Positions 1-13,023 of a stretch of 64,000 bases of DNA are shown piece after piece (position 1 is the stretch's first letter; the number at the start of each line of letters is the position of its first letter). The notes beneath the pieces are model-generated. The model saw only the letters and a program-made list of their open reading frames with translations. It ran no database searches and had not been told where the DNA came from. The DNA is taken from NCBI GenBank assembly GCA_035221665.1, contig CM069145.1:56916001-56980000 (forward strand), read 5' to 3'. The stretch is from Okamejei kenojei (Eukaryota). The position numbers were made by a program, and so were the translations under genes.

Positions 1-620
1 TCTCTTCCGTACTCTGATGTAAGTTAATCTTCGTCTCATCTGTCCACAAGACCTTTTTCCAGAACTGTGGTTGTTCCTATAGGTACTTCTTGGCAAACTG
101 TAACCTGCCACTGGTTTGCATCTTGCAGTGTAGCCTCTGTATTCCTGTTCATGAAGTATTCTGCGGACAGTGTTCATTGATAAATTCACGCATGACGCCT
201 GAAGAGTGCTTCTAATTTGTCGGACAGGTGTTAAGGTAGTAAGCTCACCAGTGCTCTCTTCCTTCTCAATGATCTTCCAAACAATTGATTTTGGTAAGCC
301 TAAGGTTTGGCTGATGTCTCCAACAGGTTTTTTTTTCTCAGACTCATAAAGGCTTATTTGACTTTCATTGACACAAATTTGGTCCTCATGTTGATAAACA
401 ACAATAGAAATGTTCAAAGTTGATGAAAGGACTCGAGGAATGACTAGGTGCTGAGAGCTCTCTTATACCAGCATTAAGGAGGCATTTAAACACACCTGAG
501 AAATTACAATCACCTATGAAGCCATGTGCCCCAAACATTCTTGTGCCCAGAAATGGGGGTACTATGTATAAACACAGCTGTAATTTCTACATGGTGAAAC
601 CAAAATGTATAAAAATGGCA
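1..620 (-). mobile_element. Tc1/mariner DNA transposon remnant (internally deleted, runs off window edge)
   Basis: Minus strand near 1-65 reads FWKKVLWTDETKINL (Tc1 first catalytic Asp motif); N-terminus MRTKFVSMKVK* from ATG ~389 has a stop. Confidence 0.8.
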
Positions 621-1621
621 GACAGCATCTCTGGAGAAAAGGAATGAGACGTTTCCTTTAGCGGATTTGCTTTAGTCCTGCAAAGTGCCTTTTGTCCTGC
701 AAAGTGCCTCATTGATCCTGCAAAGTGCCTTTTCTTTTTGCCATAATTCATTTTCCAGTGTTGAGCTCTTGGTATCTGTTTGAATGTTTATTCTCTTTCA
801 CGTTTTTTCAGAGAATGGGTCCATAATTGGCAACTCTTCGTTGACTCTTGCTGAGTACTTATATATGTCCTGACTTTTCAATATCTCGTTTTCCCCAATG
901 CTCTCGCCCTGGTTCAGGTCGCTTTCAATAAATTACAACTGAGCCTAGGTAACATTCTTGGAAGAGATATTTGACGACTCGAGGATTTAACTTCCAGTTC
1001 AATGGCAAAAGACAAAAGTGCTATAAAAGTCAATGGGCCAGGCAGCAGCTGTAGAGGGAAATATGGGGACGATGCTTCGCGACACAACCTTTCTTCAGAC
1101 TTTCTTCAGAGGAGCAGTAAGATATGGTCTCAGAACACCCGGCGAAGAGAGAAGAACTTCTTCAAGTACTTTAAAGATATTTAGCAGTGGAGCAACTAAA
1201 TGGAGAATATAAGTTTCAGATGCTGGAATGTTGAACAAAATTCAAAGTGCTAATGAAACTCAACATGTCAGACGGCATCTTGAGAGGGAAGGGACAGACG
1301 ACGTTTCGTGTCGGAACCCTTCTTTAGGCTCCGTGGGTTCGTTTCAATCTGTGGGTGGGTTTTAGTTCCACACTGATTAAAGGGATCGTGGAGAAAGGCC
1401 ACAATTCCTATTCAATAATGGCCACCGCGATCTCAAGGAATGCATTAGGTTTTACTGCGGAACAGTGGAAGGCTTAACAGAGAGATGTCGTTCTTTCCAC
1501 TGATATGTTGGATTGGATTATGCCATTCAACCTTACGTTGCAATTTAAGAGCAAAGAATGAAATCACGAACAATCCGGGTTGGTTTTGAACACGTAGTTC
1601 GGGGCCGTGGACATTCAGTCA

Positions 1622-1675
1622 GGGGTGGGAGATTGCAACCTTCACGTGGTCCGCCCTGTTTCGACAAATGCAATC
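1622..1675 (+). ncRNA. HDV-like self-cleaving ribozyme (minimal, essentially no P4)
   Basis: P1 GGGGTGG(1622-28)/CCGCCCT(1651-57) with G1-U wobble; P2 GATTGCA(1631-37)/TGCAATC(1669-75); P3 ACC/GGT; L3 TTCACGT; catalytic-position C1665 followed by AAA. Confidence 0.8.
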
Positions 1676-1720
1676 AACCCGGCGTTCACAATCAAATAAG
1701 ATCAAATAGAACAGGTTGTC
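1622..1720 (+). mobile_element. Short non-autonomous retroposon with 5' HDV-like ribozyme (copy 1; 3' end in gap)
   Basis: Near-identical 5' region to the TSD-flanked element at 20301-20435. Confidence 0.75.
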
Positions 1721-2043
1721 NNNNNNNNNNNNNNNNNNNNNNNNNNNNNNNNNNNNNNNNNNNNNNNNNNNNNNNNNNNNNNNNNNNNNNNNNNNNNNNN
1801 NNNNNNNNNNNNNNNNNNNNNNNNNNNNNNNNNNNNNNNNNNNNNNNNNNNNNNNNNNNNNNNNNNNNNNNNNNNNNNNNNNNNNNNNNNNNNNNNNNNN
1901 NNNNNNNNNNNNNNNNNNNNNNNNNNNNNNNNNNNNNNNNNNNNNNNNNNNNNNNNNNNNNNNNNNNNNNNNNNNNNNNNNNNNNNNNNNNNNNNNNNNN
2001 NNNNNNNNNNNNNNNNNNNNNNNNNNNNNNNNNNNNNNNNNNN
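1721..2043. other. Assembly gap
   Basis: Run of N. Confidence 1.
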
Positions 2044-2966
2044 GCTCAGGGATTGGAGGGAATGGGATTGGTTGACGCAAACATGATTAGTTTAGCTGGG
2101 CATCATGTTCGGCACCGATGTTGCGGACGAAGATTCGTTTTCTGTGCTGTACTGTTAAATGGTTTCTGTTAAGAACATCTGGCCATACGAATGAGAAAGG
2201 TCTTGCGTAAATTAATTAATGTCTTTTATCTAAGGCTAACTTCGAAGGAATGAGAACTATTCTCGAAAACCTAATGTGAGCTAACAGCAAAATATATAGG
2301 AAATTTTGGATGATCCTGAATGTTTTAGTATGTTCCCGGCCTTTGCAGAACCTGTTGGACCAGAATCCGACCGCCCTGCACTGCATAACTATGACAAATG
2401 AACGGTTGATTTGCTGTCTCTTGCTCTACAATTATGCTGAACATTTCCTGTATTCCGCATTCTAATGATGTCATCAGATCTTCATGGATCAGAAATATGT
2501 TATACAATAAATATGGCAAATTAGAAAACTGGGCGCAAGCAGCTAGGGGGGGCTAAGAATGGCTTAAGAGCGCTTTCTCCTTCTCTAATGAGTCCCTCTA
2601 TTAATGTTTTAAATTTGCACTTTGTACTTTCGCTTGCATTATTATGCTCTGGTGCAATAGTATAAGTATAACTGATAATTTATTGAATCACTGTTGGTTG
2701 TATTCTTATTGTTGTGTGCTTGGGTTAATGTTCTTTTTAAGCTGCAGCACGTAAACATTTTACTGTTAAGGTGCAAATGACAAATAGACCCTATTGACTC
2801 TTACTCTTGACACATTATTACGGAAAATAAGTTGAATGGAATAGTCTTGCCTTCCACAAGAAATGGAGTGTCACTGTATCACTATGCACGCACAGTTCCT
2901 ATAAATGCAGTCACAGAGCCCAACAACACAGGGACAACCTCGTCAGCCCCACGCGTCCGTGCCAAC

Positions 2967-3347
2967 TTCTTCTTGCGAATGAAACATAAACCAAAGGAAT
3001 AGTTAGATCTCAAGCCGGGTGTTGAGCAGCCAGGTTGTTGTTTCTGCGTCAATGTCTGCCAAGCCCTGAGCTCATTTGGAGGGTGGTAGAGCGGGCACCC
3101 AGAGATGACATGGTTGGCTGTCTTGTTCTGATCCGCATTCGCAGGCTGGGCTCTGGCGGAGTGTTCATCCCCACATGCTGGCATTAAAACGCCCAACTAC
3201 AGTACGAAGTCTGTTGAGCTTCACCCATGCACCTCTGGGGATAAGACCCTGGACAGCTTTTATCTGGTGAAGAGATGTAGCTGTGTAATGGAGATGAGAT
3301 TGCCTTCCGCTCCTGTGACCACTTGGTGGCTTTCCAGTGTGTTTTAA
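2967..3347 (-). mobile_element. Ingi/Vingi-like non-LTR retrotransposon 3' fragment
   Basis: Frameshifted peptides WVKLNRLRT..GRF and TANHVISGCPLY (C-terminal zinc-knuckle region); 3' tail CATTCGCAAGAAGAAG; flanking direct repeat TGCCAAC at 2960-66 and 3348-54. Confidence 0.65.
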
Positions 3348-4922
3348 TGCCAACATTATGCACATACAAAAATATTCGTCCAATTTTCTGGCATTAGGAC
3401 CATATCCGTCCCTGCCTTGCCAATTTAAGTGTATATTCGTTGCAATGAAAAGATTCGATTCTGTATTGTCAGTTGCTTAGCGAACATATAAACCAGTTGT
3501 GCAATGAAATGTGGTCATCCGAACTAGGGTCATGTTGTTGTAACAGCACAAGGTTCAAGAAAATTGAGCTAAAAAGACGTAAGGAAGACGTCCATTTACC
3601 TGACGACTTTGACGAGCTTATTAGGTTGCCTAGATACATTCTATATCATCTCCTCTACGTTTACTGTACTGTTATTGTAGTGATGCCGATGTGACAACAG
3701 GTGTGATTCCATTCGTCACTCCTCGGAGAATGAAGCAGTCCAGGGCAGCTTGCAGTACGTATGCATGGAAACTCAGGCACGGACCTACAAATGCCAAGTA
3801 ACTCGTGCGCTGGAATTTGCCACACAAACGATCACTTCCAAATGAAAGAGTCCAACTGCAGAACAATGACATCTATCTGACGGCACTGCCTTACTGCGTT
3901 CTTCACCGTAAAATCGTGGAATTTGCGTTGATCACAAAATCAATTGGACTAGTCAGTTAGGCATTGCCATTGTAGGTGTAACCCCGGGTATCCTGTCATA
4001 TTTCCCATTTTTCAATCTAATGGGAATTCCTGGATTCTGGGAAGTATTTTGTAAAACCGAAAGCCACGCATCAACTAATTTTGGCGTTCGCCCCTTTTTG
4101 GAACATTAGCTATATCCTCTCTCGCGAAACCTTCTGAATTCACCTGACATATGTTTTTCTCCATTATATATTCCTACACTCTCAGTAGAAGTAGGCTATG
4201 ATGTTTTGCTCAGTGTACGCTTCACGTGCACACATAGTGATAGGATTATGTAAAGAACATGTTCGCCAGTGATGGTATGAACTGTGGCCAGGGGATGGAC
4301 GGTATCGTATTTGTATTGATCAGTCGTAAACATATCTACAAATGTTTCTGCGACTAACGTGTAATTAAAGTTTATTGAAGAGCCAAGGATTAAAAACCTC
4401 AATGAAGTCGGTGTTTATCTTTGGTCTAATATTTTCAAGCTTCTGCCCAATAAATCTCCTTATGGTTTTGAACTTTCATCACAATGCAGATGGCAAGCCA
4501 AGACACCATGACATCAACCCCTCCGCCCACTCAGCCCACCTGTCAACCTGCGGTTTAATTGTACTCAGTGACTCATCCCGTAGTTTTACTTCCTGAAAGA
4601 TATCGAGAGCCTCCTTCTATATGAAGCAAGGGGTAAACCCGACTTCAAATATTGCGGTCGGCAGTGTACTACAGGTGGTCAATAAAACAGGCGGGAACTG
4701 AAGATGGAACCGACCGACATTTGCTTGTAACCCCGCCCTTATTATTTCTTTGCAGGGCCGCTTTCACGTTCAACATTACCCAAAGACTGATAACCTTTCA
4801 ATACGGCGTCTGCTGAATGCTGACACCGAACTCATTAGATCTCGGCAGATGAATGCGGGAATCCGACTAAGCTGGTAGCATGAATAAACAGACTTAAAAT
4901 ATACGAAACACACCCAACATAT

Positions 4923-5216
4923 GCGGCACGGTGGCTCAGCGGTAGAGTTGCTGCCTTACAGCGCCAAAGCCCCGGGTACCGGTTTCGATCCTGACAACGG
5001 GTGGTTGCCTATACGGGGATTGTACGTTCTGCCCGTGACCTGCGTGGGTTTTCTACTATTTCTTCGGTTTACTCGCACACACCAAAGTCGTGCAGTTGTA
5101 ACAATGTAAATGGTCCCTAGTGTATGTAGATAGTGTTAATGTGCGGGGATCGCTGGTCGGTGCGGACTCGATGAGCCGAAGGGCCTATTTGCGCGTTGTA
5201 TCTCTAAACTAAACTA
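4923..5216 (+). mobile_element. tRNA-derived V-SINE (HE1-like)
   Basis: Box A/B-like head (GGTGGCTCAGCGGTAGAG...TTCGATCC), central TGTACGTTCT..CCCGTGACC domain, (CTAAA)n tail; several copies in window. Confidence 0.85.
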
Positions 5217-5225
5217 CGTCTTGCT

Positions 5226-5825
5226 GATTAAGTAAGTAATCAAGTGTATTGGCCAAGTATTCACATACAAGGAATTTGCCTTGGTGCTCCTCCCACAAGT
5301 AACAACATGACATACAGTGACAGTTACGAATGACTCACAAAACACTAAACATTAATAATAATAAAACATTAATGATAAAACACCATTGATCAAGCATGTG
5401 AACCTACAAAATACCAGATCAAAGGGAGGCTACAGATTTTTGGCTCTAGAGTAGAGCAAGTACTCGTGAATAAAAACTGTTTTTATGTCTGGATGTGGCC
5501 AGGGTGAGAGTGGTCAGAGATGATCTTGCGCGCTCGCTTCCTCGCCCTTGCAGTGTACAGTTAATCAATTGAGGGAAGGTTGCAGCCAATAACCTTCTCT
5601 GCTGATCGGACGATTCGCTGCAGGCTCCAGGTGTCGTGCTTGGTGGCTGAGCCAAACCAGACCATGATGGAGAAGTTGAGGACAGACTCTACGATGGCCG
5701 TGTAGAATTGGACCATCATTGCCTGTGGCAGATTGTGTTGCCTCAGCTGCCGTAGGAAGTACATCCTCTGACGTGCCTTTTTGACTGTGGACTCGATGGT
5801 AGCCCCCCACTTAAGATCCTTAAGG
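5226..5825 (-). mobile_element. Rex1/Babar-like LINE 3' fragment
   Basis: ORF 5561-5836 KKARQRMYFLRQLR..FYTAIVESVL..VWFGS resembles Rex1-clade RT C-terminus. Confidence 0.7.
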
Positions 5826-6969
5826 TAGCCCCACACTTAAGGTCCTACTACTGAGATTTCGAGATTAGACTGTAAAGTTTATGAATGGCGATTTCCATTC
5901 CATTTCAACTCTTGGAAACGTGTTTATTACACCGAAATAGAAAAGGTGTGGAGGAGAATAGCTTGAACTCGTCCCGGTTATTAATGTCCGGGGTATAACT
6001 CGATAGACGTGAGATCACTGTTTTTACTATAGGATGCTTACAAGTACGAAGAGCTGGTATTAGCTGTGGAACTGTAGACCAACCCATTGTATATCCTTGT
6101 ACACTCCACCACATTGAAATGTGCGCAAAATAAGCATGGCGTGATCACATACCATGATCTCCGAATCCTGATTCTAGGGTCCATTCACTACAGGCAGGTT
6201 GCCGAATGCCACTCACCGCAAATGTAACTCGAGAATGCCGTAAAGAGTAGGATGTGAGTGACAGCTTCGGAGACAGATAGAGGATGGGTAAACAAATTAT
6301 ACATTTTGCACAAAGAGTGAGTGGCACAACGTGGAGGAAACTGTGTAGACTATTTCATAATACGGAAACGGGTCCCGTAACAGGGAGACCTGTTATGTAC
6401 AAACACAAGTACACAGACCCTGAGAGCACGAGGACATAAAGAGCTGATGCAATCCATCTCGAACAAGTTCTGCTAATGAACATGCTGGCTATTCTGATAA
6501 TTGGCATCCATTTCTCATTCTTGCCTGATGTTCATAATCATTGAATGTCAGTTTTCCCACTGCCCGTTTCCTCTCGCATCCGGCACGTTGTTACTGAGCT
6601 CAGAACTACGACCTTTGGCCCGAATTGTCCATGCTGATCGAGGTGCCCCATCTTACCTAGTTCCGCTTTCCAGTGTTTGGCCCATATCGCTCCAACGCAT
6701 TCCTATCCATGTACTAGCCCAAATGTATTTTAAATGTTGTTATAGTACCAGCCCCAACTACATTATCTGGGCGCCCGATATATCTATCCGCCGCCATCTG
6801 TCGGGAAAAAGTTACTTCTCATGTTCTTATGAAATCGTTGGCCTCTCACGTTAAACCTACTGGATGTCCTTTTATTGTTCATTCCCCAACAGTGGGTAAA
6901 GGCCACCGTGCCTTCACCGCTTCTGATTTTATACTGCTTCTGATTGTATACACCACTGTCAGATCATAG

Positions 6970-8830
6970 ATACGTAGATACATCGACAGTAGTGCAGGAG
7001 TAGGCCATTCGGCCCTTTCCCATCCCTTTCCCAGCCAGCACTCCCATTCAATGTGATCATGACTGATCATCCACAAACAGTTCCTGCCTTCTCCCATACT
7101 CCTTGATTCCGCTTGCCCGAAGAGCTCTATCTAACTCTATTTTGAATGCATCCAGTGAACCGACCTCCACACTTCTGAGGCAGATAATTCCACAAATTCA
7201 CAACTCTCTGTGTGAAAAAGTTTTTCCTTGTCTCAGTTCGATATGAGTTCCATCTCAGTTCTCTATGGCCTACCCCTTATTCCTAAACTGTAGCCCCTGA
7301 TTGTGGACTCCCCCAACATCGGGAACACGTTTCCTGCATCTAACGTGCCGAATCCCTTAATATAAGATCCCATTTCAACCTCCTACATTCCGGTGAATAC
7401 AAACCCAGTCGCTCCATTCTTTCATCATATGACAGTCCCGCCACGCCTGGAATTAACCCCGTGTACCTACGCTACCGTCACTCAATAGTAAGATTGTCCT
7501 TCATCATATTAGGAGGGCAAACCTGCACACAATATTTCAGGTGTGGTCTTACCAGGGCCCTGTGCAACTGCAGAAGGACGTCTTTGCTCCTATACTCAAC
7601 TTCTCGCGTAATGAAAGCCAACATGCCATTAGCTTTCTTCGCTGCCTGTTGTACCTTCTAGGAAGGATCTTATAGAAACTTGCAAAATGCTTAAGGGGTT
7701 GGATGGGCTAGATGCAGGAAGATTGTTCCCGATGTTGGGGAGGTCCAGAAAAAGGGGTCACAGTCTAAGGATAAGGAGGAATTCCTTTAGGACCGAGATG
7801 AGGAATACATTTTTCACACAGAGAGTTGTGAGTCTGGAATTCTCTGCCACAGAAGGTAGTTGACGCCAGTTCATTGGCTATATTTAAGAGGGAGTTATAT
7901 GTGGGCCTTGTGGCTAAAGGGATCAGGGGATATGGAGAGAAGGCAGGTACAGGATACTGAGTTGGATGATCAGCCATGATCATATTGAATGGCGGTGCAG
8001 CCTCGAAGTGCCGAATGGCCTACTCCTGCACCTATTTTCTATGTTTCTATGTTTCTACCTGCATGCTTACTTTCAGTGGCTAATGTACAAGGACACCCAG
8101 GTCTCGTTGTACTTCCCCTTTTCCAAACCTGACACCATTCAGATAATCTTCAAAGAGGCTGAAGAAGGGTCTCGACCCGGAATGTCACCCATTCCTTCTC
8201 TCCAGAAATGCTGCCTGAACCACTGAGTTACTCCAGCATTTTGTGTCCACCATTCGGATAATAATCTGCCTTCCCGTTCTTGCCAACTAAGTGGATAACC
8301 TCATATTTATCCACATCATACTGCATCTGCCATGCACCCCTCACCCTCCTGCGCTCCAAGGAATGAACTCTGCGCCGGCTCAACCTCTTCCTATCGCTCA
8401 GGTCCTCGAGTTCTAGCAGCATCCTCCTAAATCGTCTCTGCACTCTTTCCAACTTAGTGACGTCTTTCCTATCGCAGTATGACAAAAACGGAACGCACTA
8501 TTCCGAATGCTGCCTGCCCAACTTGGTGTACAACTGCAACATAACATCCCTACCTCTGCACTCGATGCTCTGATTGATGAAGACCAATGTATGTAAAGCC
8601 TTCATCACCACACTATCTACAAATGGCGAACTTTCAGGTAACTATGTACCTGCACTCCTTGACCCCTCTGCTCTGCAACACCCTCCAGGGGCCTGATACC
8701 AATGTGTGGTTTCTGCTCTGGTTAGACTTTCCAAACCAAAACACGTGCTATTACCAGCACTACACTCGGTTAGCCATTCCACAACTCACATGCTCAGCTG
8801 ATCAAGATCCTGCTGTAATTTTTGATAACC
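6970..8830. mobile_element. Nested CR1-clade LINE fragments (minus copy containing a plus copy at ~7660-8056, a Penelope-end fragment at ~8155-8247, and an older CR1-type copy)
   Basis: Matches the CR1 3' sequence at 63000-63616; (TTTCTATG)n tail; LERVQRRF peptide. Confidence 0.8.
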
Positions 8831-9435
8831 AAAATTTATCCCAGGAATTTCTTTCGGTCGCCACCTCTGCAAGGCAGGTGGATTATGTATTAAAAAAGAA
8901 TACTTAACTGTCCTGCAGGCATGATCACACCAATGTTCTGTGAAATTTCCTTCACAATCGCATATATTTTTACCGTGCAGGCCAAATTTCTATTTGCCTT
9001 TCTTATTTGTTGCAACCGCGTGTTAACAGTCTGTGTTTGTCAACAAATGCACACAGCCGAGCGCCATGGAATGTTGCTTTACTATTCTTCCCATGAAACT
9101 ACATTTCTTAACATTACACGTCTGTCATCATTCTTTGCCAATCACTGAATGTTTCCAACATATCCATATCCTTTTGCGGCGTTGTGTTGTACTCACATCC
9201 TATGTCTTCACTTTTCTTTATTCATTTCAACTGTAATAGTTCAGTCCTGATATCTAGTTCGGGAATAATATTTTACACCGTATTCTTTCCAACCTTCGTC
9301 GCAGCATGCCAACTTGAAAAGTATCCCAAATTTCATAAGAACCAGAATAAAAGACATGTTGTCGATGCTAGAAATTCGAAATGCAAACAATAGATGTGGA
9401 AGGCTAAGATTCCATTCTGATTTTCAAAAGATCAT

Positions 9436-10905
9436 CGCTAGACAAAAAAGCTGGAGAAACTCAGCGGGTGAGACAGCATCTATGGAGCGAAGGAATAGGT
9501 GACGTTTCGGGTCCAGACACTTCTTCAGGATGATGACGAGGTGGGTGGGGGGGGGGCGGTTGAGGAAAGGAAGAGGCGCAGAGTAGGCTGCGGGAGAGCT
9601 GGGAAGGGGAGGGGAAGGATGGAGAAAGCAAGGACTACCTGAAATTGGAGAAGTCTATGTTCATACCGCTGGAAGCGAAATATGAGGTGCTGCTCCTCCA
9701 ATTTGCTGTGGGACTCACTCTGGCCATGGAGGACGCCCAGGACAGAAAGGACTGGTTCGGAATGGGAGGGGGAGTTGACGCGTTGGGCCACCGGAAAATC
9801 AGATTGTTTAGTGCGAACCGAGCGGAGGTGTTGGGCGAAGCAATCGCCAAGCCCAAGCTTGGTCACGCCGATGTAGAGCAGCTGACACCTAGAGCAGCGG
9901 ATGCAATTGATGAGGTTGGAGGAGGTGCAGATGAACCTCTGCCTCGCCTGGAAAGACTGCTTGGATGAAGTCAAGGGGGGAGGTAAAACAACAAGTGTAG
10001 GATTTCCTGCGGTTGCAAGGGAAAGTACCAGGTGATGGGGTGGATTGTGTGGGAAGGGACGAATTGACCAGGTAGTTCCGGAGGTAGTGGTCTCTGCGGA
10101 AACCCGAAAGGGGAGGATATGGGAAGATGTGGCTTTGTTACGAGTGGGGGGATGGGGAGTGAGAGCGGAGCTACGAATAGACCTGGTGAGAGCCTGAACG
10201 GCGTAGACTAGGAATTGGGAGTAGGGGATAGAGTCCTTACAGGAAGCAGGGTGGGAACTGTAGTCCAGATAGTCATGGGAGTCAGTGGGTTTGTAGTAGA
10301 TGTCGGTCAGTAGTCTGTTCCTTTGATGGAGGTAGTGAGGTCTAGATACGGTAGGGAGATGTCGGAAATGGTCCAGGTGAATTGGATGCATGTTAATGGT
10401 GGATGGGTGTTGGTGATGAAATGGATGAAGTCAGTGAGTTCTGCATGGGTGCAGGAGGTAACACCAATGCACTCGTGAATGTAGCAGAGGTAAAAGTTCG
10501 GGGTTAGGGCCACGTTACGCCTCCAACAAGAAATTATGTTGTTCGACGTACCCTACAAAGAGGCAGGCATAGCTGGGACCCATGCGCGTGCCCATAGCTA
10601 CGCCTTGGATTTGGAGGAAATGGGAGGAGTCAAGAGAAAAGTTGTTGAGGGTAAGGACCAGCTCCGCAAGGCGGAGGAGAATATTTGTAGACTGGGATTT
10701 GTTGGTTCTGCGGTCGAAGAAAAACCGAGGGCTTTAAGACCCTCCTGATGGGGGATTGAGGTGCATTCTGACTGGACATCCATGGTGAAAGTGAGGGAGT
10801 TGGGGCATGGAAAACGGAAGTCATGGAGGAGAATAAGAGCGTGTGAGGTGGCTTGGACATAGGTAGGGAGGAATTTGACCAGGGGGCATAGGATGGAGTC
10901 GAGGC
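9436..10905 (-). mobile_element. Penelope-like retroelement (degenerate RT + GIY-YIG endonuclease)
   Basis: Peptides TDIYYKPTDSHDYLDY, CIRCSRCQLLYIG, KLEEQHLIF; terminal hammerhead-core motif at 9501-9528; homologous to 54070-55545. Confidence 0.85.
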
Positions 10906-12198
10906 ATGATCAGGAATCTGGACAGTAATTCCGTTTCAAGATTTCAAGATTTCAATGTCAAGTTATTTTCATGTACCAATTAAGGTACAGTGAAGTTCGA
11001 ATTACCATACAGCCATATTTTAAAAAAGCAACAAGACACATAGCTACATAAACGTTAAATTAAACGATCCTACCGTTCACTGGGAAGGTCGTGCCCTGAC
11101 ACTATTTGCCAAAATGCAACTCGTCACAATATCAGAACAAAACACTATGGACCTTTCCACTGTACACATTCCCAGCTGATCAAAATATTGCGGCAATCCA
11201 TGACAACCATTTTCACTTCCAACGATATCACGTACTTCAATTTAGTCTCCAAACTCTCTCATAGTGGCCTTGTACATCCTTATTCAATTCGTCGATATGG
11301 ATAACATCAATATGCATGATAAAGGTGAGCATTGGCATGGTGGTATTTAATATACTAGATGTTGCCTGTGCAGAAATCCTTTGCAATTGCTATTCAGCTT
11401 TGCATCTTTTCATTTAGACACTTCACGGACAGTAAAAAAAATGCCATCCTATAATTTCTATCGATGAGCCTATGCGACAGCATTATTGGCAAATCATTGG
11501 TTTATGTTGAAGATTGGGTACCTCCGGGTAGCGACTTCTTATATTTTCTCGCAGTAATGTCGAGTACAATGAGAGCAGCGCTTTCAAATTTCTTTGGAAA
11601 CCATTTTCAATTAATAAGACTGGTACAATTATTCGATTGGACACTTTCTCAGCAGACAGCTTGGTCGACCTTAATTAATTGATCCACCTCTGATATTATT
11701 CCCCAGTCATATACCTATTCATCCATTTGCTTTCTGTGCGCCGTAGTGCATCTAAATTCCCCACCACATCGTTTTATCAACTGTGTGAACTGTTATCAAC
11801 TGTAATTTCCGGAATTCGGTATTCGAATGAATCTAGCAAAGTCCCCAAAACAAGAAATCATAAAGGTCCTTCGAAATTTGGCTCTCGAGAGGACGATTAA
11901 TCAGTACTCAGAGCGAAGAGCTCAATTTTAATGCTATTCTTTTTTTGTTCTCTATCAAATCTTATTTAATTTCGCAATGATGTGTAACTCAAACTCAAAC
12001 GACTTGTTATCTGAATTGGATTGTTAGCCTTGGCTACGTTTGTTATTTCGGTATGCTAAAAATCACCAGAAGCTTAAACCAAGAGAGTGCACGAACATTT
12101 TCTATATCTCTGCCAACATATTCACGTTAATACACTGCAGATTCCAGCGAATTGATAGCAGAAAGGGTGGACATATTTTTTGCTATCACCCGAAATGT

Positions 12199-12263
12199 AT
12201 TTGCAGTCAGTGCAGTTTCACAACGCCTTTATGCAAATGAGCTCTGACTCGTGAGGTTTATAA
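12199..12263 (+). promoter_or_regulatory. IgNAR V promoter: octamer ATGCAAAT (12231-12238), TATA-like TTTATAA (12257-12263), imperfect inverted octamer ATTTGCAG (12199-12206)
   Basis: Perfect Ig octamer ~120 bp upstream of the leader ATG and ~20 bp upstream of a TATA-like box. Confidence 0.8.
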
Positions 12264-12355
12264 GGTCTTCGCTGAGAGCCGCATGGTTACACAGACAGTG
12301 GACGCTGAGCTCCAGTACCCTCTCTGCTTAACCATTGTTTTATCGTGAAAAAAAC

Positions 12356-12398
12356 ATGAATATTTTTTGTGTTTCAATACTTTTGGCCTGGTTATCGA
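12356..12398 (+). CDS. IgNAR: IgNAR leader exon (MNIFCVSILLAWLS-)
   Basis: Hydrophobic signal peptide with the MNIF start typical of shark IgNAR leaders; GTGAGT donor at 12399, phase 1, in frame with V. Confidence 0.95.
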
Positions 12399-12533
12399 GT
12401 GAGTGCAGTTTGATTTTAAAATATTATTAATTGTAATAGTGCAGTACGTCCACCTTGTGCGACTGTCATTATGTGTTAAATCTTACATTATTTCAAATAA
12501 GCAATGTATTAAATATGAGGTTTCTCTCTTCAG

Positions 12534-12804
12534 ATGCCTACAGTACCCATGTTGATCAAACACCGAGTTCGGCAACAAAAGGATCCGGCGAAACTATGAC
12601 CATCAATTGCGCTTTACGTGATAGCAGCTACGGGCTGTATGGCTCAGCATGGTTCCGGCAAACACTGAGTCAATCGCAATGGGATCGCCTAACGATTGGA
12701 GGACGATATGTTGAAACAGTCAACAAACAACAAAAAACCTTTTCCCTGCAGATCAGGAACCTGGCCGTTGAAGACACGGCCACGTACTTCTGCAAAGTAG
12801 GCAG
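12534..12804 (+). CDS. IgNAR: IgNAR V (VNAR) segment, germline; only the two canonical Cys (type IV-like)
   Basis: Acceptor ctcttcag; (N)AYS-THVDQTPSSATKGSGETMTINCALRDSSYGLYGSAWFRQ..GGRYVETVNKQQKTFSLQIRNLAVEDTATYFCKVG; short FR2/CDR2 and GGRYVETVN motif diagnostic of VNAR. Confidence 0.97.
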
Positions 12805-12842
12805 CACTGTAATTAACCTTCAACTCATGCAATACAAAAATA
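12805..12842 (+). promoter_or_regulatory. V 3' RSS (23-type, 22-nt spacer)
   Basis: CACTGTA - 22 nt - ACAAAAATA. Confidence 0.9.
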
Positions 12843-13023
12843 CTGTATTTCTCTTTCTCTGAAGAAATCACGAATCGCTTCACTTTAATTGAACATAAAA
12901 TTACCAAAGTAGCTGCTGAATCCTGTGTTGGACGTTGGCAATGAGTGGTGAGATGCGGGACATACCGAAGTCGGGAGAGTTGGATGTGCAGTTTCGCTGT
13001 TTAACGAGTTGCGCAGGTGGAAC

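Noticed and set aside
1558-2172. ORFs spanning the first gap
   Set aside because: Open only because of N bases.
4923-5000. tRNA genes
   Set aside because: tRNA-derived SINE heads continuing into SINE bodies.
12455-12862. ORF-track start and end for the V protein
   Set aside because: The real exon is bounded by the acceptor at 12533 and the RSS at 12805; the extensions are intron and RSS.
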